Below, in pieces: positions 32,212-43,419 of a stretch of 64,000 nucleotides of DNA. Position 1 is the first letter of the stretch. Each line of letters begins with the position of its first letter. A program made the position numbers and the translations under genes. Source of the DNA: Bdellovibrionota bacterium (GTDB lineage Bacteria; Bdellovibrionota_C; UBA2361; CAKMMH01); the NCBI GenBank assembly GCA_050952645.1, contig JBMNLI010000010.1:285644-349643 (forward strand), written 5' to 3'. The notes beneath the pieces are model-generated. The model had not been told where the DNA came from, searched no databases, and saw only the letters and a program-made list of their open reading frames with translations.

Positions 32212-33624
32212 CTACTGACGGCTGTTCGTATTGCCTAACATGGACATTAAAGAATTTGAAGAACTTTGAAGCTTCGACATTAAAGACTCAAACCTTGAAT
32301 ACATAGCCCTTAAATTATTTTCTTCTCTTACAAGCATAGCCTCATACTTTGCAATCCTATCATTATAATCCGAAATTTGATTAGCATTATTATTAACTAC
32401 TACATCTAATAAACCACTAAACCTAGTATATTGATCTATAGTCCCACCAGTCGCAGATAACGTATCTGAAAATTTAGTAAGAAGCGAATCTATAGAACTT
32501 GGCTCCTTTGAAAATGCTTCCGAAAACTTTTCAATATCGAAATTTAAAGTGCCATCTCGAGAATTAGTAGTAATTCCAAAATCTGCAAAAATCCTAACCT
32601 GCGTCCCTTCACTTTCCTTTGTAGCTACAAGCGCTGCTTTTATCGATTGCACCGCATTGTTATCTACCTTAGTTTTAGATAGAGGTGAAAAAATATTTTC
32701 AACATTTTCCCCCTCCTCCCTTCTTTCAACTTTATTATTATCTGATACGAATTTAAAAATATCATTTAAAACATCTACTATCTCCTGAACATTCGCCTGC
32801 GTGCTATCTAAATCATTAGAAATAGATATCGTAGCACTTCCTACGGATTGTAGAGCAAACGTAACTCCAGGGATCGTATCTGAAATAGTATTCGTATCTC
32901 TCTCAATATCCGACGCTAAGCCAGATATCGAAAATATAGCGTTTTGTGCTTGAGAAAGCGTTCCATTATCTACTAAAGCTATTATATCCGTATCAGTAGA
33001 ACTAGTGCTAATATCCACAAACCCCTTAGTCTTTCCCTCATTTAAAGCTGAAAGCATAACTGTGTAAGACGGCACCTCACTAGTTCCCACATTTACACAT
33101 ACTGCTTCGCAGCCTATATTTGAGGCGTTTATCTTATCTACTAAATCTGACAAAGTAGTATCGCTGTCTATCTCTAACGTATAGCTTTTTTTATTATCAC
33201 CTAACCCTATCGAAATCGATATCTCTTGCACTTCCGTCGCATCAGGGGCAACCTTATCATGCTGCGAACTATACCTAGTGCCAAAAGTAAAAAGCCCTCT
33301 CTTAGCTAAAGATGAAACTTGAATATCATAACTACCTTGATTAGAAATATTTGAAGCGATAGCACTTATAATAGTCTCATCACTAGATATCGCACCCTTT
33401 TTTATAGCACCACCAGATAAACTATTATACTTCGATAACTTATTTTTAAGATCTAAAAGCTTGTCTTTTAACGTCTGTATTGCACTAGACTCATCTTCCG
33501 TCTCTGAAATCTTATCTTGAAGCGGCTCCACTCGAAGAGCCCTTTTAGAACTAATCGCTACATCTATAAGAGCATCGGTATCTATACCAGATGCTATACC
33601 TGAAAAACTTACACTAGCTGCCAT
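32212..33624 (-). CDS. fliD: Flagellar filament cap protein
   Basis: SFSGIASGIDTDALI, QAQNA.F, NTISDTIPGVTF.L, C-terminal YSRFESLMSKLQS. Confidence 0.93.
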   Translation of the reverse strand: MAASVSFSGIASGIDTDALIDVAISSKRALRVEPLQDKISETEDESSAIQTLKDKLLDLKNKLSKYNSLSGGAIKKGAISSDETIISAIASNISNQGSYDIQVSSLAKRGLFTFGTRYSSQHDKVAPDATEVQEISISIGLGDNKKSYTLEIDSDTTLSDLVDKINASNIGCEAVCVNVGTSEVPSYTVMLSALNEGKTKGFVDISTSSTDTDIIALVDNGTLSQAQNAIFSISGLASDIERDTNTISDTIPGVTFALQSVGSATISISNDLDSTQANVQEIVDVLNDIFKFVSDNNKVERREEGENVENIFSPLSKTKVDNNAVQSIKAALVATKESEGTQVRIFADFGITTNSRDGTLNFDIEKFSEAFSKEPSSIDSLLTKFSDTLSATGGTIDQYTRFSGLLDVVVNNNANQISDYNDRIAKYEAMLVREENNLRAMYSRFESLMSKLQSSSNSLMSMLGNTNSRQ

Positions 33625-33668
33625 TTTTTGCCTACTTTTTAATAAAAAAACACTTTTTTTACTAAAGA

Positions 33669-33685
33669 TGCAAAATATATACCAA
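33669..33685 (-). promoter_or_regulatory. Candidate sigma-54 (-24/-12) promoter for fliD
   Basis: Minus strand TTGGTATATATTTTGCA gives GG-N10-GC, about 45 bp upstream of the ATG. Confidence 0.6.
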
Positions 33686-33843
33686 GAAAAAAATAAATTA
33701 AACTACTCACATTTTAACCCAAACTTTCCCCCACACTACGAAACCTAAGAAAGGACTAATGGCACTAACACTATGGGAGCTTCTAACAAAGTGGCATTAA
33801 CAATCACAGCATTAACATCACAGAATTAACATCAAGGGGGGCA

Positions 33844-35640
33844 TTAACGCTTTGATAAAATTTTGCTATGAAGCTTTAATAAACTTTTATACATTTCTTG
33901 AACTGTAGAAAACTCTTTAGTTTCTTTCCCAATTATATCTGGGTGTATTTGCTTAATCTTTTTTCTATATGCAGACTTTATTTTCTTTATATCGTAAACA
34001 TTTTCAGATAAATCAAAATATTTTAAAATTCTTTGATACTCTTTTATCTCGTTAGTTAAATCTACTTTTTTTTCACCATTGCTTTTTTCACTCACTTTTT
34101 CATTAGCACTCGGCCTTTTAACATCTCCCTTGCTCGCCTTTAACATCGATATATATATAAAGACAAATGCCGTAGCAACAGCAAAAAACATCCATAAATA
34201 TCTTTTACAAAATAAAAAAAGACCTCTGAAACTTATTAAATACGAAAACTTATTGTTTACAGTCGATAAAATTTGATTTGATAACCCCTTATTATTAAGG
34301 CTCAGCGCCTCAAAAGCTAGAGAGATTTTTAAACTATCATTTTTAATACTAGCATTAGGCCTTAACTCTAAAAGCATATTAAAGCCATTTACAAAATCAT
34401 TTTTATTAAAATTCTTTATTAGACTAGAAAGGTAAGCTTCCTCGAAAATTATAACCTTTTCCTTTAACCAATCATTGTTTTTTAAAATAGATTTTAATTT
34501 ATTAAAATTACTAGTAGTTAATAATTTAATATTCTTAGGAGAATGCTCAAAAATATTTTGAATATACATTAAAGTTTTTTCACTAACTTTATTTTGAGGA
34601 ACTAACATCAATGTATTTAAAGCATCGCTATATAGCTTTCCTTTTAAGCTTTCATCTACTAAAAAATATACTCTTTCTAAAAACTGCTCTTCTATAAAAT
34701 CAAAAAAAGAAACCTGCTTATAATTAGATAGTAAAATATCTTCTAACTCTGCTTTCGACTTAGCTTTCTTTATGCTGCCTACTATACGCTTAGTCTTATT
34801 TAAATCTGCTATATGTTTTTGATAAAAACTACTAGAAAATCCTAATAGTTTTTCTTCTAAATTTATTAAATCATTAGCTTCATTAAGTGAATTGTCGAAT
34901 AAAACGCTCTCTTTTAACAATCTATCAAACTCTAAAGCTACACTCTTTTCATTCTTTGCTACAAAACCTAATACACTTGCAGAAATATTCGCACTATCAT
35001 TTAAAGATAACTTTATACAATATTCGCTTAATTTTTTATTAACATTTTCATTTTGTAAAAGTTTAGTCGGAAGTTCTTGAGAGAATAGATATTTGTAAAA
35101 CTCTAAAACATCTAAATTATCTTTGCTCTCTAAAAAAATATCTTGTAAATTTATAAACTTCTCATCTTTGTTTACTAGGTTTACTAGTAAAATATACGAT
35201 AAAGAAGATAAATTAAAATCTTTTTGATTAAATGAACTTTGAAATATATTACTTAAGCACTCACTGCCACAAATCTTATAAAACTCATCTAAAGCATTCG
35301 CCTTTACTAAATTTTCAAAAACGTAAAAATCGGATTTATCTTTTTCTACTATGGCACTCTCTTTGCCCTTAATCGTAATATTTACTAAATCACCATCTAA
35401 GTATTGCGCACTCTCTACGGGAAATTTATATCCAAAAATATCATACTTTAAAGTATTCTTAGAAGTATCCCCTAAAGTATCCTCTAAAGTATATTCAGTA
35501 GCATTAGCAGGAAAATTTGTAAAAGCAAATACAAAAGTAAATACAAAAGTAAATAAAGCACTAGCTAGCAGTGCCTTGCGGACAGCAAACTTGCGCACTT
35601 TAAAAAACATAGATGGTAAAAATATATTTCTTTTAAACAT
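33844..35640 (-). CDS. Membrane protein with C-terminal DnaJ (J) domain
   Basis: Signal-like N-terminus, late TM segment, IKSAYRKKIKQIHPD. Confidence 0.75.
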   Translation of the reverse strand: MFKRNIFLPSMFFKVRKFAVRKALLASALFTFVFTFVFAFTNFPANATEYTLEDTLGDTSKNTLKYDIFGYKFPVESAQYLDGDLVNITIKGKESAIVEKDKSDFYVFENLVKANALDEFYKICGSECLSNIFQSSFNQKDFNLSSLSYILLVNLVNKDEKFINLQDIFLESKDNLDVLEFYKYLFSQELPTKLLQNENVNKKLSEYCIKLSLNDSANISASVLGFVAKNEKSVALEFDRLLKESVLFDNSLNEANDLINLEEKLLGFSSSFYQKHIADLNKTKRIVGSIKKAKSKAELEDILLSNYKQVSFFDFIEEQFLERVYFLVDESLKGKLYSDALNTLMLVPQNKVSEKTLMYIQNIFEHSPKNIKLLTTSNFNKLKSILKNNDWLKEKVIIFEEAYLSSLIKNFNKNDFVNGFNMLLELRPNASIKNDSLKISLAFEALSLNNKGLSNQILSTVNNKFSYLISFRGLFLFCKRYLWMFFAVATAFVFIYISMLKASKGDVKRPSANEKVSEKSNGEKKVDLTNEIKEYQRILKYFDLSENVYDIKKIKSAYRKKIKQIHPDIIGKETKEFSTVQEMYKSLLKLHSKILSKR

Positions 35641-35716
35641 TTTATCTTTAAGTTTTTACCTTTAATAACCTCTTTTCTAAATTATTCTAAATTATTATAG
35701 TTCTTGCAAAGCGTTT

Positions 35717-36736
35717 CTAACGAGCTAACCCATAAACGCTAAGTTTTAGCTCTTTACAATCTTCTATATTAGTAAATACTCTAACTATCGCCTTTATATC
35801 TTCTTTAATTTGGGCTGAGTCGACACTTAGCACTAAATCATAACTTTTGCCAGCTTCCGTTTCATTTACTCTTAATTTTATTTTTTTATTAGAAGTTTTT
35901 AACTTCTCTATTTTTAAATATTTATTAGTTAAATTATTTATTTTTACAACACGCTCCTTAACTCCCCCATCTAGCACTCCAAAAGACACCGCTATGGGCG
36001 TTAAATATACATCGCTTTGCACTCTTGCAAAAACGGGAATGTCGATACTCTTTTTATTGCTCCCTTTTAAATCTACCACTATTCTATCTCTAAACTCTCC
36101 GACTGGAATAGTATCTTTTAAAAACACTCTTAACTTTAAATGGTTATCAGTCTTTTCTAGCACATCTACATCTAAATATTTAGACATTCTATAAGAGTCT
36201 AAAATTTTTACGTCTTTAGCGGTATCTATCACTACATCGCTATAAGCCTCTCTATCTCTAATATTCTTATACCACTTTACGCCAAAGCTTAACCTAGTAG
36301 GCATAACTAAAACATCGGTTATAACGTTGCCTTTTAAAATAAATAATTTTTCAGGAGCGCCTAGAGCGTTAGTATACAATCTTATAGCCTTAGAAACATT
36401 GCCAGAGAAACCCGTTGTTCTAAAAACTACTTTTAAATTAGTCTTTTCTCCAGGCTTTAAAACTTTTTTAGCGGTGTCTGCTACTGCACAACCACAAGAT
36501 GAGACTGTCTGCTTTATATGTAAATCATCATTACCAGTATTTTGAAGCTCGAAAGTATGCTCTACTCTACTTCCTTCAGAAAGCGAACCAAAATCATACG
36601 TAGCATTTTTTACATAAAGCTTAGGAGTGCCTTTAGGTATAGCAAACGCACTAGATACAAAAAATAAGAAACAAACTAAGGCGATATTAAATATAATACC
36701 AAACGTAATATTAAGTTTTTTTAAATTCATTTGCAC
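35717..36736 (-). CDS. DUF1573 Ig-like domain exported protein
   Basis: YDFG...HTFELQNTG..L.I....SSCGC motif; three Ig-like repeats. Confidence 0.85.
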   Translation of the reverse strand: MQMNLKKLNITFGIIFNIALVCFLFFVSSAFAIPKGTPKLYVKNATYDFGSLSEGSRVEHTFELQNTGNDDLHIKQTVSSCGCAVADTAKKVLKPGEKTNLKVVFRTTGFSGNVSKAIRLYTNALGAPEKLFILKGNVITDVLVMPTRLSFGVKWYKNIRDREAYSDVVIDTAKDVKILDSYRMSKYLDVDVLEKTDNHLKLRVFLKDTIPVGEFRDRIVVDLKGSNKKSIDIPVFARVQSDVYLTPIAVSFGVLDGGVKERVVKINNLTNKYLKIEKLKTSNKKIKLRVNETEAGKSYDLVLSVDSAQIKEDIKAIVRVFTNIEDCKELKLSVYGLAR

Positions 36737-36763
36737 CTCTACAAAAAAAATTTAGAAATTTTA

Positions 36764-38110
36764 TCAAGCTAAATTTTTTTCTTCTAAAAATTTCGTATAA
36801 ATATTAACATCAAGAAAATCTTTATCCGTTAAAATTTTTCTATACATATCAATATTAGTTTTAATACCATCTATATAATACTCATCGAGAGCTACTAAAA
36901 GTTTTTTAATGCAATCTTCTCTAGTTTTTCCATATGCTATAAGTTTTGCTATAAGAGAATCGTAAAAAGGCGGTATCGTATAACCTTGATACATCGCAGA
37001 CTCTACCCTTATACCCATTCCATTTGGTTGATGATAAGACGTAATAGTCCCAGGAGAGGGCATTCTCGTTATGGGGTCTTCAGCATTTATTCTAAGTTCT
37101 ATGGCGTGCCCAGAAAAAGAAACATCTTTTTGTTCAAAAGAAAGCTCTTTTCCCATAGCAACATTTATTTGTTCTTTTACTAGATCTATCTGGCTTACCA
37201 TTTCCGTTACGGGATGTTCAACTTGAAGTCTCGTGTTCATTTCTATAAAATAAAATTTATTATTTTTAACATCTACTAAAAACTCCATAGTGCCTAAACT
37301 AGAGTAGTTTACAGATTTAGCTAATTTTACACTAGCCTCTTCTAGCGCCTCTATCAAATCACTAGGCAAGTTTGGAGCTAGCGCCTCTTCTAAAACTTTT
37401 TGATAACGTCTTTGCAAAGAACAATCCCTAGTGCCTATATGCACCACATTAGCAAACCTATCGCCTATAACTTGAACCTCTACATGCCTTACTTTTTCTA
37501 AAAACTTTTCTACTAAAAGTGTTCCATCCCCAAAAGCGTTTTTTACCTCACTCGTCGCAGTATTAAAAGCTTGAGTAAAATCGTCAGCATTATTTACAAT
37601 TTTCATCCCACGCCCTCCGCCTCCTGCGCAAGCTTTTAGCAGAACTGGGAATCCGATACTTTTTGCTACCTCTAAGGCCTCACTAGCTTCTAAAAATCCT
37701 TTACTATCTCCAGGGATAGTTGGCACGCCCGCTTTTTCTGCCATTCTTCTAGCTTTTGCTTTATCACCCATTAGGCGAATATGTCTTACTTGTGGGCCAA
37801 TAAAAGTAAATCCACAGCTTCCCCCTATTTCTGCGAACTCTGCGCTTTCACTTAGGAAGCCATACCCTGGATGAATAGCATTAGCCTCGGTTGCTTCCGC
37901 TACTGCGATTAGTGCTGGAATATTTAGATAGCTTTCTAAGGGAGCAGGTCCCCCGATACAAATACTTTCATCCGATAATTTCGTATGGAGTGCTTCGCTA
38001 TCTGCCGTGGAATATACAGCTACTGTTTTTAATCCGAGCTCACGACAGGCACGTATTATCCTTACCGCAATCTCTCCTCTATTTGCTACTAAAACTTTTT
38101 CTATCGTCAT
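36764..38110 (-). CDS. accC: Biotin carboxylase
   Basis: ANRGEIAVR, HPGYGFLSE, GGGGRGM, EMNTRLQVEH. Confidence 0.97.
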   Translation of the reverse strand: MTIEKVLVANRGEIAVRIIRACRELGLKTVAVYSTADSEALHTKLSDESICIGGPAPLESYLNIPALIAVAEATEANAIHPGYGFLSESAEFAEIGGSCGFTFIGPQVRHIRLMGDKAKARRMAEKAGVPTIPGDSKGFLEASEALEVAKSIGFPVLLKACAGGGGRGMKIVNNADDFTQAFNTATSEVKNAFGDGTLLVEKFLEKVRHVEVQVIGDRFANVVHIGTRDCSLQRRYQKVLEEALAPNLPSDLIEALEEASVKLAKSVNYSSLGTMEFLVDVKNNKFYFIEMNTRLQVEHPVTEMVSQIDLVKEQINVAMGKELSFEQKDVSFSGHAIELRINAEDPITRMPSPGTITSYHQPNGMGIRVESAMYQGYTIPPFYDSLIAKLIAYGKTREDCIKKLLVALDEYYIDGIKTNIDMYRKILTDKDFLDVNIYTKFLEEKNLA

Positions 38111-38285
38111 AAGTAAATCTTTTTTTATTAAGTTTTTATTATTTAACTATTTAACTTTAACTATTTAATTATTTAAATATTTATCACTTATTATACATTT
38201 TTATTTTATTATTTTATTTTTTTTATACTTTAATTCTGTTCTATATTTTATATTTTAACATTTTATTTTTTTATCTTTGATATTT

Positions 38286-38744
38286 TTACTTTATCTTAAA
38301 TAAAACTTGTGAATACTCGACTATCTCTTGATTATTTACGCAAACCTCTGAAATGATACCATCTGCCGTCGACTCTATCTCGTTCATCACTTTCATAGCT
38401 TCTATAATGCAAAGCACTTGTCCTTTTTTGACCCTATCTCCTACTTGCACAAAAGGCTCAGCATCTGGGGCTGGTTTACTATAAAAAGTTCCAACTATTG
38501 GAGACTTTATTAAAGTTAAATCCTTATCATCTTCTATTTCCTTTTCTTCTTTATGTTCTACACGCTCTGTTACCGCTTTAGTAGTTTTTTCAACCACACT
38601 TGGCTTTGTTAAAACACGCTCCGCTTGTTTTTCAAAATCTGCTAAAGATAACTTTATATGCCTTCCATTCTCATTAGACTCGAACTCGGAAACTCCATTC
38701 TCTCTTAAAAAATCTATAAGCTCTTTTAACTCACTAATATTCAT
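38286..38744 (-). CDS. accB: Biotin carboxyl carrier protein
   Basis: SPIVGTFY, EAMKVMNEI. Confidence 0.97.
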   Translation of the reverse strand: MNISELKELIDFLRENGVSEFESNENGRHIKLSLADFEKQAERVLTKPSVVEKTTKAVTERVEHKEEKEIEDDKDLTLIKSPIVGTFYSKPAPDAEPFVQVGDRVKKGQVLCIIEAMKVMNEIESTADGIISEVCVNNQEIVEYSQVLFKIK

Positions 38745-38834
38745 AAAAAATCCTATCCTTTTATCTTAAAATTACATTTGCACATTATATAATAAAGTTT
38801 ATAAGTTTAAAAGATGGCTCTTAAAGGTTTATTC

Positions 38835-39986
38835 TTACTGAACTGTCCCTACAATCGTATAACATACACCCTCTTTAACGGTCGCATTATTAGAGCGAAA
38901 GTTAAATTTGATACTTTTAGATAGGTTATCTTCTCTTATTTCATAAGCTATTTTTTTGTAAGCTTCATTTGCCACTTCATCTTTTTGAAAAGTTACGCCA
39001 GAGCTCATAGTTAGCACCTTTGGAAAATTTTCTACATTTTCTATAAGAATTTCAAAATCGTTTGGATTATTTGGCATGTAAGATGCAGACACGGAAACCA
39101 TAGTTCCTTGATTTTCTTTTATGATTGCACTCTTATTGCAATCTTTGCTAAATTTTATATAAGACGATATTTTTGATGGAGTAAATACGCTTATAGCGAT
39201 AGAGGTATTTGAATAAGTATTGTTTAAAATATTATAAAGCTTCCAATTATTATCGACTAACTCGTAATCTTTATCATCTTTTTTAACTAACATTCTAGGG
39301 CATAGCACGACCGATTGAATTTTTTCTTCACCAAAATTAGGAGCCATAATAAATAAGCCATTTCTCATATTATCTAGGGGCAAAAAAGTTTTTAAAAGTT
39401 TAGACTTTTCATACTTATAAAATACTTTACGACTAACAGCATTTTTCTTATCTCCTAACCTAGCATCTAAGGATAGACCTTTCCTAGTAAAATTTAAGAT
39501 AATATCTTTTAATGTTGGGTCAAAGTATTTCTTGGCATTAGCATCGAGAAAAGAAAGTCCTATATCGAAACTATGATCTATCAAATACACGACGCCTTCA
39601 AAATTTTTCTCAAGCTTATTTATATTTTTTTGTAAAATACTTATCGCTTCATTTTTTAGTATCTCATCTAGTTTCTTATCTTCATTATAGACTTGCGCTT
39701 TTATATTACTAAAAATTTGCCTAGGAAATGGACTTTCTTCTACATTTTCTTTTGTTTTTTCTTTTTTATTATCATCTTTATTTTTTTTAGTGTTATTATT
39801 TTTAACATTATCGCTTAGCACATTTTGATTGTTTAATTCACTTTGATTATTTACTGCACTTTGATTATTTAGCGTATTTTGCGTATCGGTTGCGTATAAG
39901 TTTTTAGTAAAAATAAAAAATAAACTTATAAAAACATTTACGAAAATTGTGTAAATAAAATATTTTCTTTTCATATTATCAACCAT
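38835..39986 (-). CDS. Hypothetical exported protein
   Basis: Long ORF with a signal-peptide-like N-terminus, co-oriented with lgt. Confidence 0.7.
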   Translation of the reverse strand: MVDNMKRKYFIYTIFVNVFISLFFIFTKNLYATDTQNTLNNQSAVNNQSELNNQNVLSDNVKNNNTKKNKDDNKKEKTKENVEESPFPRQIFSNIKAQVYNEDKKLDEILKNEAISILQKNINKLEKNFEGVVYLIDHSFDIGLSFLDANAKKYFDPTLKDIILNFTRKGLSLDARLGDKKNAVSRKVFYKYEKSKLLKTFLPLDNMRNGLFIMAPNFGEEKIQSVVLCPRMLVKKDDKDYELVDNNWKLYNILNNTYSNTSIAISVFTPSKISSYIKFSKDCNKSAIIKENQGTMVSVSASYMPNNPNDFEILIENVENFPKVLTMSSGVTFQKDEVANEAYKKIAYEIREDNLSKSIKFNFRSNNATVKEGVCYTIVGTVQ

Positions 39987-39990
39987 ATTA

Positions 39991-40770
39991 CTATTTTGTC
40001 TTATAACTATACTTATTTTTAAAATAATAAAAACAAAAAATGCCTGAAACGAGCATAATAATCGAAATAAACTGGCTAGTAGAAATTACATTTTCTATAA
40101 CAAAACCTCTAATGCCATCTCCTCTAAATTCTTCCATTATAAAGCGAATAATCCCATATAGTATAAAGTATAGCGAGAGAATTTTTCCATCGAAATCTCT
40201 TTTTTGGTATAGTTTATATAAGATTATAAAAAGGATAAAAAGCGAAAACGACTCGTAAAGCTGCACTGGGTGAATAGAAACGCTCTTTAAACTAGGCTCT
40301 ACGATATCTGAATAAAGCTTTACGCCCCAAGGCATATTAGTAGGTTTCCCATGGCAACATCCAGCTAAAAAGCAACCTATACGTCCTATCGAATGGCCTA
40401 AAGGCAAAACTACCATAAATATATCTAAATATTTTAAAACTGAAAATTTATATTTTTTCCCTACGTATATTAAAAATGGTATAATAGTAAGTAGTGCTCC
40501 GTAAAAAACAAAGCCACTAGTTATGTAATACTTAAGAACGCTAGGATTTAAAAATATTTCATCTAGTCTAGTAATTAAGTATAAAAGCTTAGCTCCTAGA
40601 AGCCCTACAAGGAGCCCCCAAATAGCGATATCTTCATACTGTTTAGGGGAAATACCATTTTTGCTAGCTAATTTTTTAGCGACAGATAAGCTTACGACAA
40701 ACGCTATAAAAATCATCACTCCGTAACTATAAATATTTATTGGACCTATGGACAATAATAAAGGATGCAT
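39991..40770 (-). CDS. lgt: Prolipoprotein diacylglyceryl transferase
   Basis: IYSYG, GRIGCFLAGCCHG, HPVQLYES, RFIMEEFRGD. Confidence 0.95.
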   Translation of the reverse strand: MHPLLLSIGPINIYSYGVMIFIAFVVSLSVAKKLASKNGISPKQYEDIAIWGLLVGLLGAKLLYLITRLDEIFLNPSVLKYYITSGFVFYGALLTIIPFLIYVGKKYKFSVLKYLDIFMVVLPLGHSIGRIGCFLAGCCHGKPTNMPWGVKLYSDIVEPSLKSVSIHPVQLYESFSLFILFIILYKLYQKRDFDGKILSLYFILYGIIRFIMEEFRGDGIRGFVIENVISTSQFISIIMLVSGIFCFYYFKNKYSYKTK

Positions 40771-40849
40771 ATAAAATTTCCTAAAAATAATAAAAATAAA
40801 AAGATTAAAACTCTAAACTTATAACTCTTAAATTATTATACACTTTAAT

Positions 40850-41590
40850 ATGAAAATCAAAACTCAAATATTTGAAAATATCGAGCCTTTACCTAATATT
40901 AACGATATTATTTGCGTCTTAGAAAAAAATCAACACCATTTAAAAAATGTTTTAAGAATAAAAAATGGGGAGATTATAAAAATTATTATAAATGAAGAGT
41001 TTGAAGCGATAGGTAAAATCGTAGAGACAGAGAAAGCTTTAAGCTATAAAATTATGGATATAAATAAAATATCTAATAAAACTAATCTAAATATAACTAT
41101 ATGTTTTGCTATATGTAAATCGGGTCAAAATGAGTTAGTTGCAGAAAAACTTACGGAGCTTGGAGTTAAGAACATTTATTTTTGGGTATCTAAGCACACA
41201 TCTTATAAAGTAGCAAAATTTAGCGATAAGCTTGAAAGGTTAGAAAAAATTATAGAGGGGGCTAGTAGGCAATCAAAGCAAACATTTATTCCAAGATGTA
41301 AAATATATAACTCTCTTAACGAGTTATTACGGATAATCGATATAAGAAATGATATCGCCCTATACTGCTCACTAGCAAGTAAGAGGCAAAAAATAAAAGA
41401 CTTAAGATTTAATAAAGATATAAAAAATATCTATATTTTTATAGGGCCAGAGGGAGATTTTTCTAAAGATGAATACGAAGCGTTAGGTAAAATGCAAAAT
41501 GCTATTCCTATAACTTTAGGCGATAGTATTTTAAAATCTGAAACTGCTGCGATTGTAGCTACTAGCCAACTTATTGGAATGCTACTGTGA
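40850..41590 (+). CDS. rsmE: 16S rRNA m3U1498 methyltransferase
   Basis: HHLKNVLR, EKLTELGV, IGPEGDFS, LGDSILKSETAA. Confidence 0.92.
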   Translation: MKIKTQIFENIEPLPNINDIICVLEKNQHHLKNVLRIKNGEIIKIIINEEFEAIGKIVETEKALSYKIMDINKISNKTNLNITICFAICKSGQNELVAEKLTELGVKNIYFWVSKHTSYKVAKFSDKLERLEKIIEGASRQSKQTFIPRCKIYNSLNELLRIIDIRNDIALYCSLASKRQKIKDLRFNKDIKNIYIFIGPEGDFSKDEYEALGKMQNAIPITLGDSILKSETAAIVATSQLIGMLL

Positions 41591-41611
41591 TGATTTAACA
41601 AAAAGAAGAAA

Positions 41612-41684
41612 TGCCCAGAGACAGAATCGAACTGCCGACACGAAGATTTTCAGTCTTCTGCTCTACCGACTGAGCTATCTGGGC
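41612..41684 (-). tRNA. tRNA-Phe(GAA)
   Basis: GCCCAGA...GAAGA-CT-GAA-AA-TCTTC...TTCGATT...TCTGGGC-A. Confidence 0.95.
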
Positions 41685-41914
41685 AAAATATAGAAAATTT
41701 TATAAGACAATTTTTAGAATATACCAAAAAAGAAAATATTTTTCAATAGAGTTATTATAGAATAAGGATAAAAACGATTTGGCGATTTGGCTCATAATTA
41801 GATGGCACCTAAATGGTCATTCTAATATGTAAAAAAAATAAAAATGAAGCGTTAGCTCATAATAAATGTCACTTAAAATATATAAACCATGTTTTTATTA
41901 TACAGGTGGTGTCT

Positions 41915-41995
41915 ATGGAAAAGTATGAAAGAGAATTATATTTAAATTCGATTAAGGCTCGTTATCATAAACTTGACTATTTTTTTATAATATAA
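41915..41995 (+). pseudogene. Possible N-terminal remnant of an rve/ISNCY-type transposase
   Basis: MEKYERELYLNSIKARYHK resembles recalled N-termini of such transposases; very short. Confidence 0.3.
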
Positions 41996-42072
41996 CATAG
42001 TTTTGTAAATCAATTAAAAATGAATTTGCCCATTTCCGTCTGAGGTAGGACATTAGAAGAGCATATAGCATT

Positions 42073-42103
42073 AAAAAAAAGAGCTCCTTAAAAAAAGGAG
42101 CTC
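42073..42103 (-). terminator. Intrinsic terminator of partner paralogue 3
   Basis: GAGCTCCTT/AAGGAGCTC hairpin followed by T8 on the minus strand. Confidence 0.8.
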
Positions 42104-42134
42104 AAATGTACCGAGCAATCACCGCTGACCACGT

Positions 42135-42980
42135 CTACGGAATGTTGCCGTTATTACGGTTGTCGTTTGGCGCTACTGCCTCTGGTATTTCGGCAGTGCC
42201 TCCTCTCTTCCCCATAACATAAGCTTTCCGTTTTCCATTTACTGACTCGTATAAGTAAACTGCTTTTGGCTTACCCATACCATATTTTTCTTGCAAATAC
42301 TCTTTGTGCCTAGGAACGGTCTGCACGCAAGTAGCTTCGCAAACCTTGATTATTTCCCATTGCAAGTCTATTAACTCATCTATAAGCTTAAGCGCTTCAA
42401 CGTTTTTTGACTTTGTCTTTGATTTTAATATATCAAAAGAGTTTGCAGAAGTCATACAATTACGCTTAATAGTAGCAAAAGAAATGGGAATTTGAGGATC
42501 GTTTAGTAAATTCCTTTCTATTTGCTTCTTTGACAAGTCTTTAGGCATTTTAGACTTGAGAATCTCTAAATGCTCGAGCATAGTTGGAAAGATATTTTCC
42601 TTTTTACTCATACACCCATTCTTGATCATGGGATCATTGCCACTAATAGACAAAACTTCATCTACCATCTCTTGGTAAGTAGAAATATATTCGTCAAGTA
42701 AGTCAATCCTTTCATTCAAAGGCATCTTAAGCATCTTTTTATAAGCAGGATCATTTTTATCGACAACCTTGCTTAACATAGCTTTAAAAACAAGTGAGTC
42801 TTGATTGCTTTTTAATTCCGCTTCAGAAATAACCTGCTTCTTTTGCGGAACTTCTACTTTCTCAACCTGCCCTCCGCCTCTAGGAACAGGGTTCCCATTT
42901 TGCCCCAAGCAAGTCTGTAAAGTGCCAAAGAAAATAATGCACGCCAAAACACAAGTGGCAACACGAATTTTTTTATTCAC
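42135..42980 (-). CDS. Secreted helical hypothetical protein, paralogue 3 (divergent core)
   Basis: Signal peptide...CLGQNGNPVPRGG; shared C-terminus GMGKPK...SVNG.RKAYVMGKRGGT.EIPEAV. Confidence 0.85.
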   Translation of the reverse strand: MNKKIRVATCVLACIIFFGTLQTCLGQNGNPVPRGGGQVEKVEVPQKKQVISEAELKSNQDSLVFKAMLSKVVDKNDPAYKKMLKMPLNERIDLLDEYISTYQEMVDEVLSISGNDPMIKNGCMSKKENIFPTMLEHLEILKSKMPKDLSKKQIERNLLNDPQIPISFATIKRNCMTSANSFDILKSKTKSKNVEALKLIDELIDLQWEIIKVCEATCVQTVPRHKEYLQEKYGMGKPKAVYLYESVNGKRKAYVMGKRGGTAEIPEAVAPNDNRNNGNIP

Positions 42981-43256
42981 AACCTTCCCTCCTCTCTTCT
43001 AGAAATTCCTAGAAAAAGAGATGAATGAAAAACATAAAAAGCTTAAGCTAAAGTTTATTAACTAAGCTTTGAAGCAAATTATGCTTTTTTAAAAAAACAT
43101 AATTACTCCTAAAAACCGACTATAAAAATAACATATCTAGGCTTTTGAATCAATTAAAATTTTAAATAGACAAACAGACAAAGCAAATATATTAACTTGT
43201 ATTTTTTTAAAACTTTCTAAATTATACTAAACTACTTTAAACTTATCCGCTTTCTT

Positions 43257-43419
43257 TTAAGGTGTTATCATTCCATTATCTTCACAAGAACCACAAAGAG
43301 GCGCCATATAAGTAGAGCCATCATCTCTAATGCATCGTGTTATAGGACACTTAAGAAACTACACACCTGCCACTTTCACACTTTAGTCTATAATTATCAC
43401 AATCTACATCATTTTCGCA
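43257..43419 (-). pseudogene. Two fused orphan 3' ends of Cys-rich genes
   Basis: Own translation: 43419-43351 CENDVDCDNYRLKCESGRCVVS*; 43349-43257 CPITRCIRDDGSTYMAPLCGSCEDNGMITP*. Confidence 0.65.
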
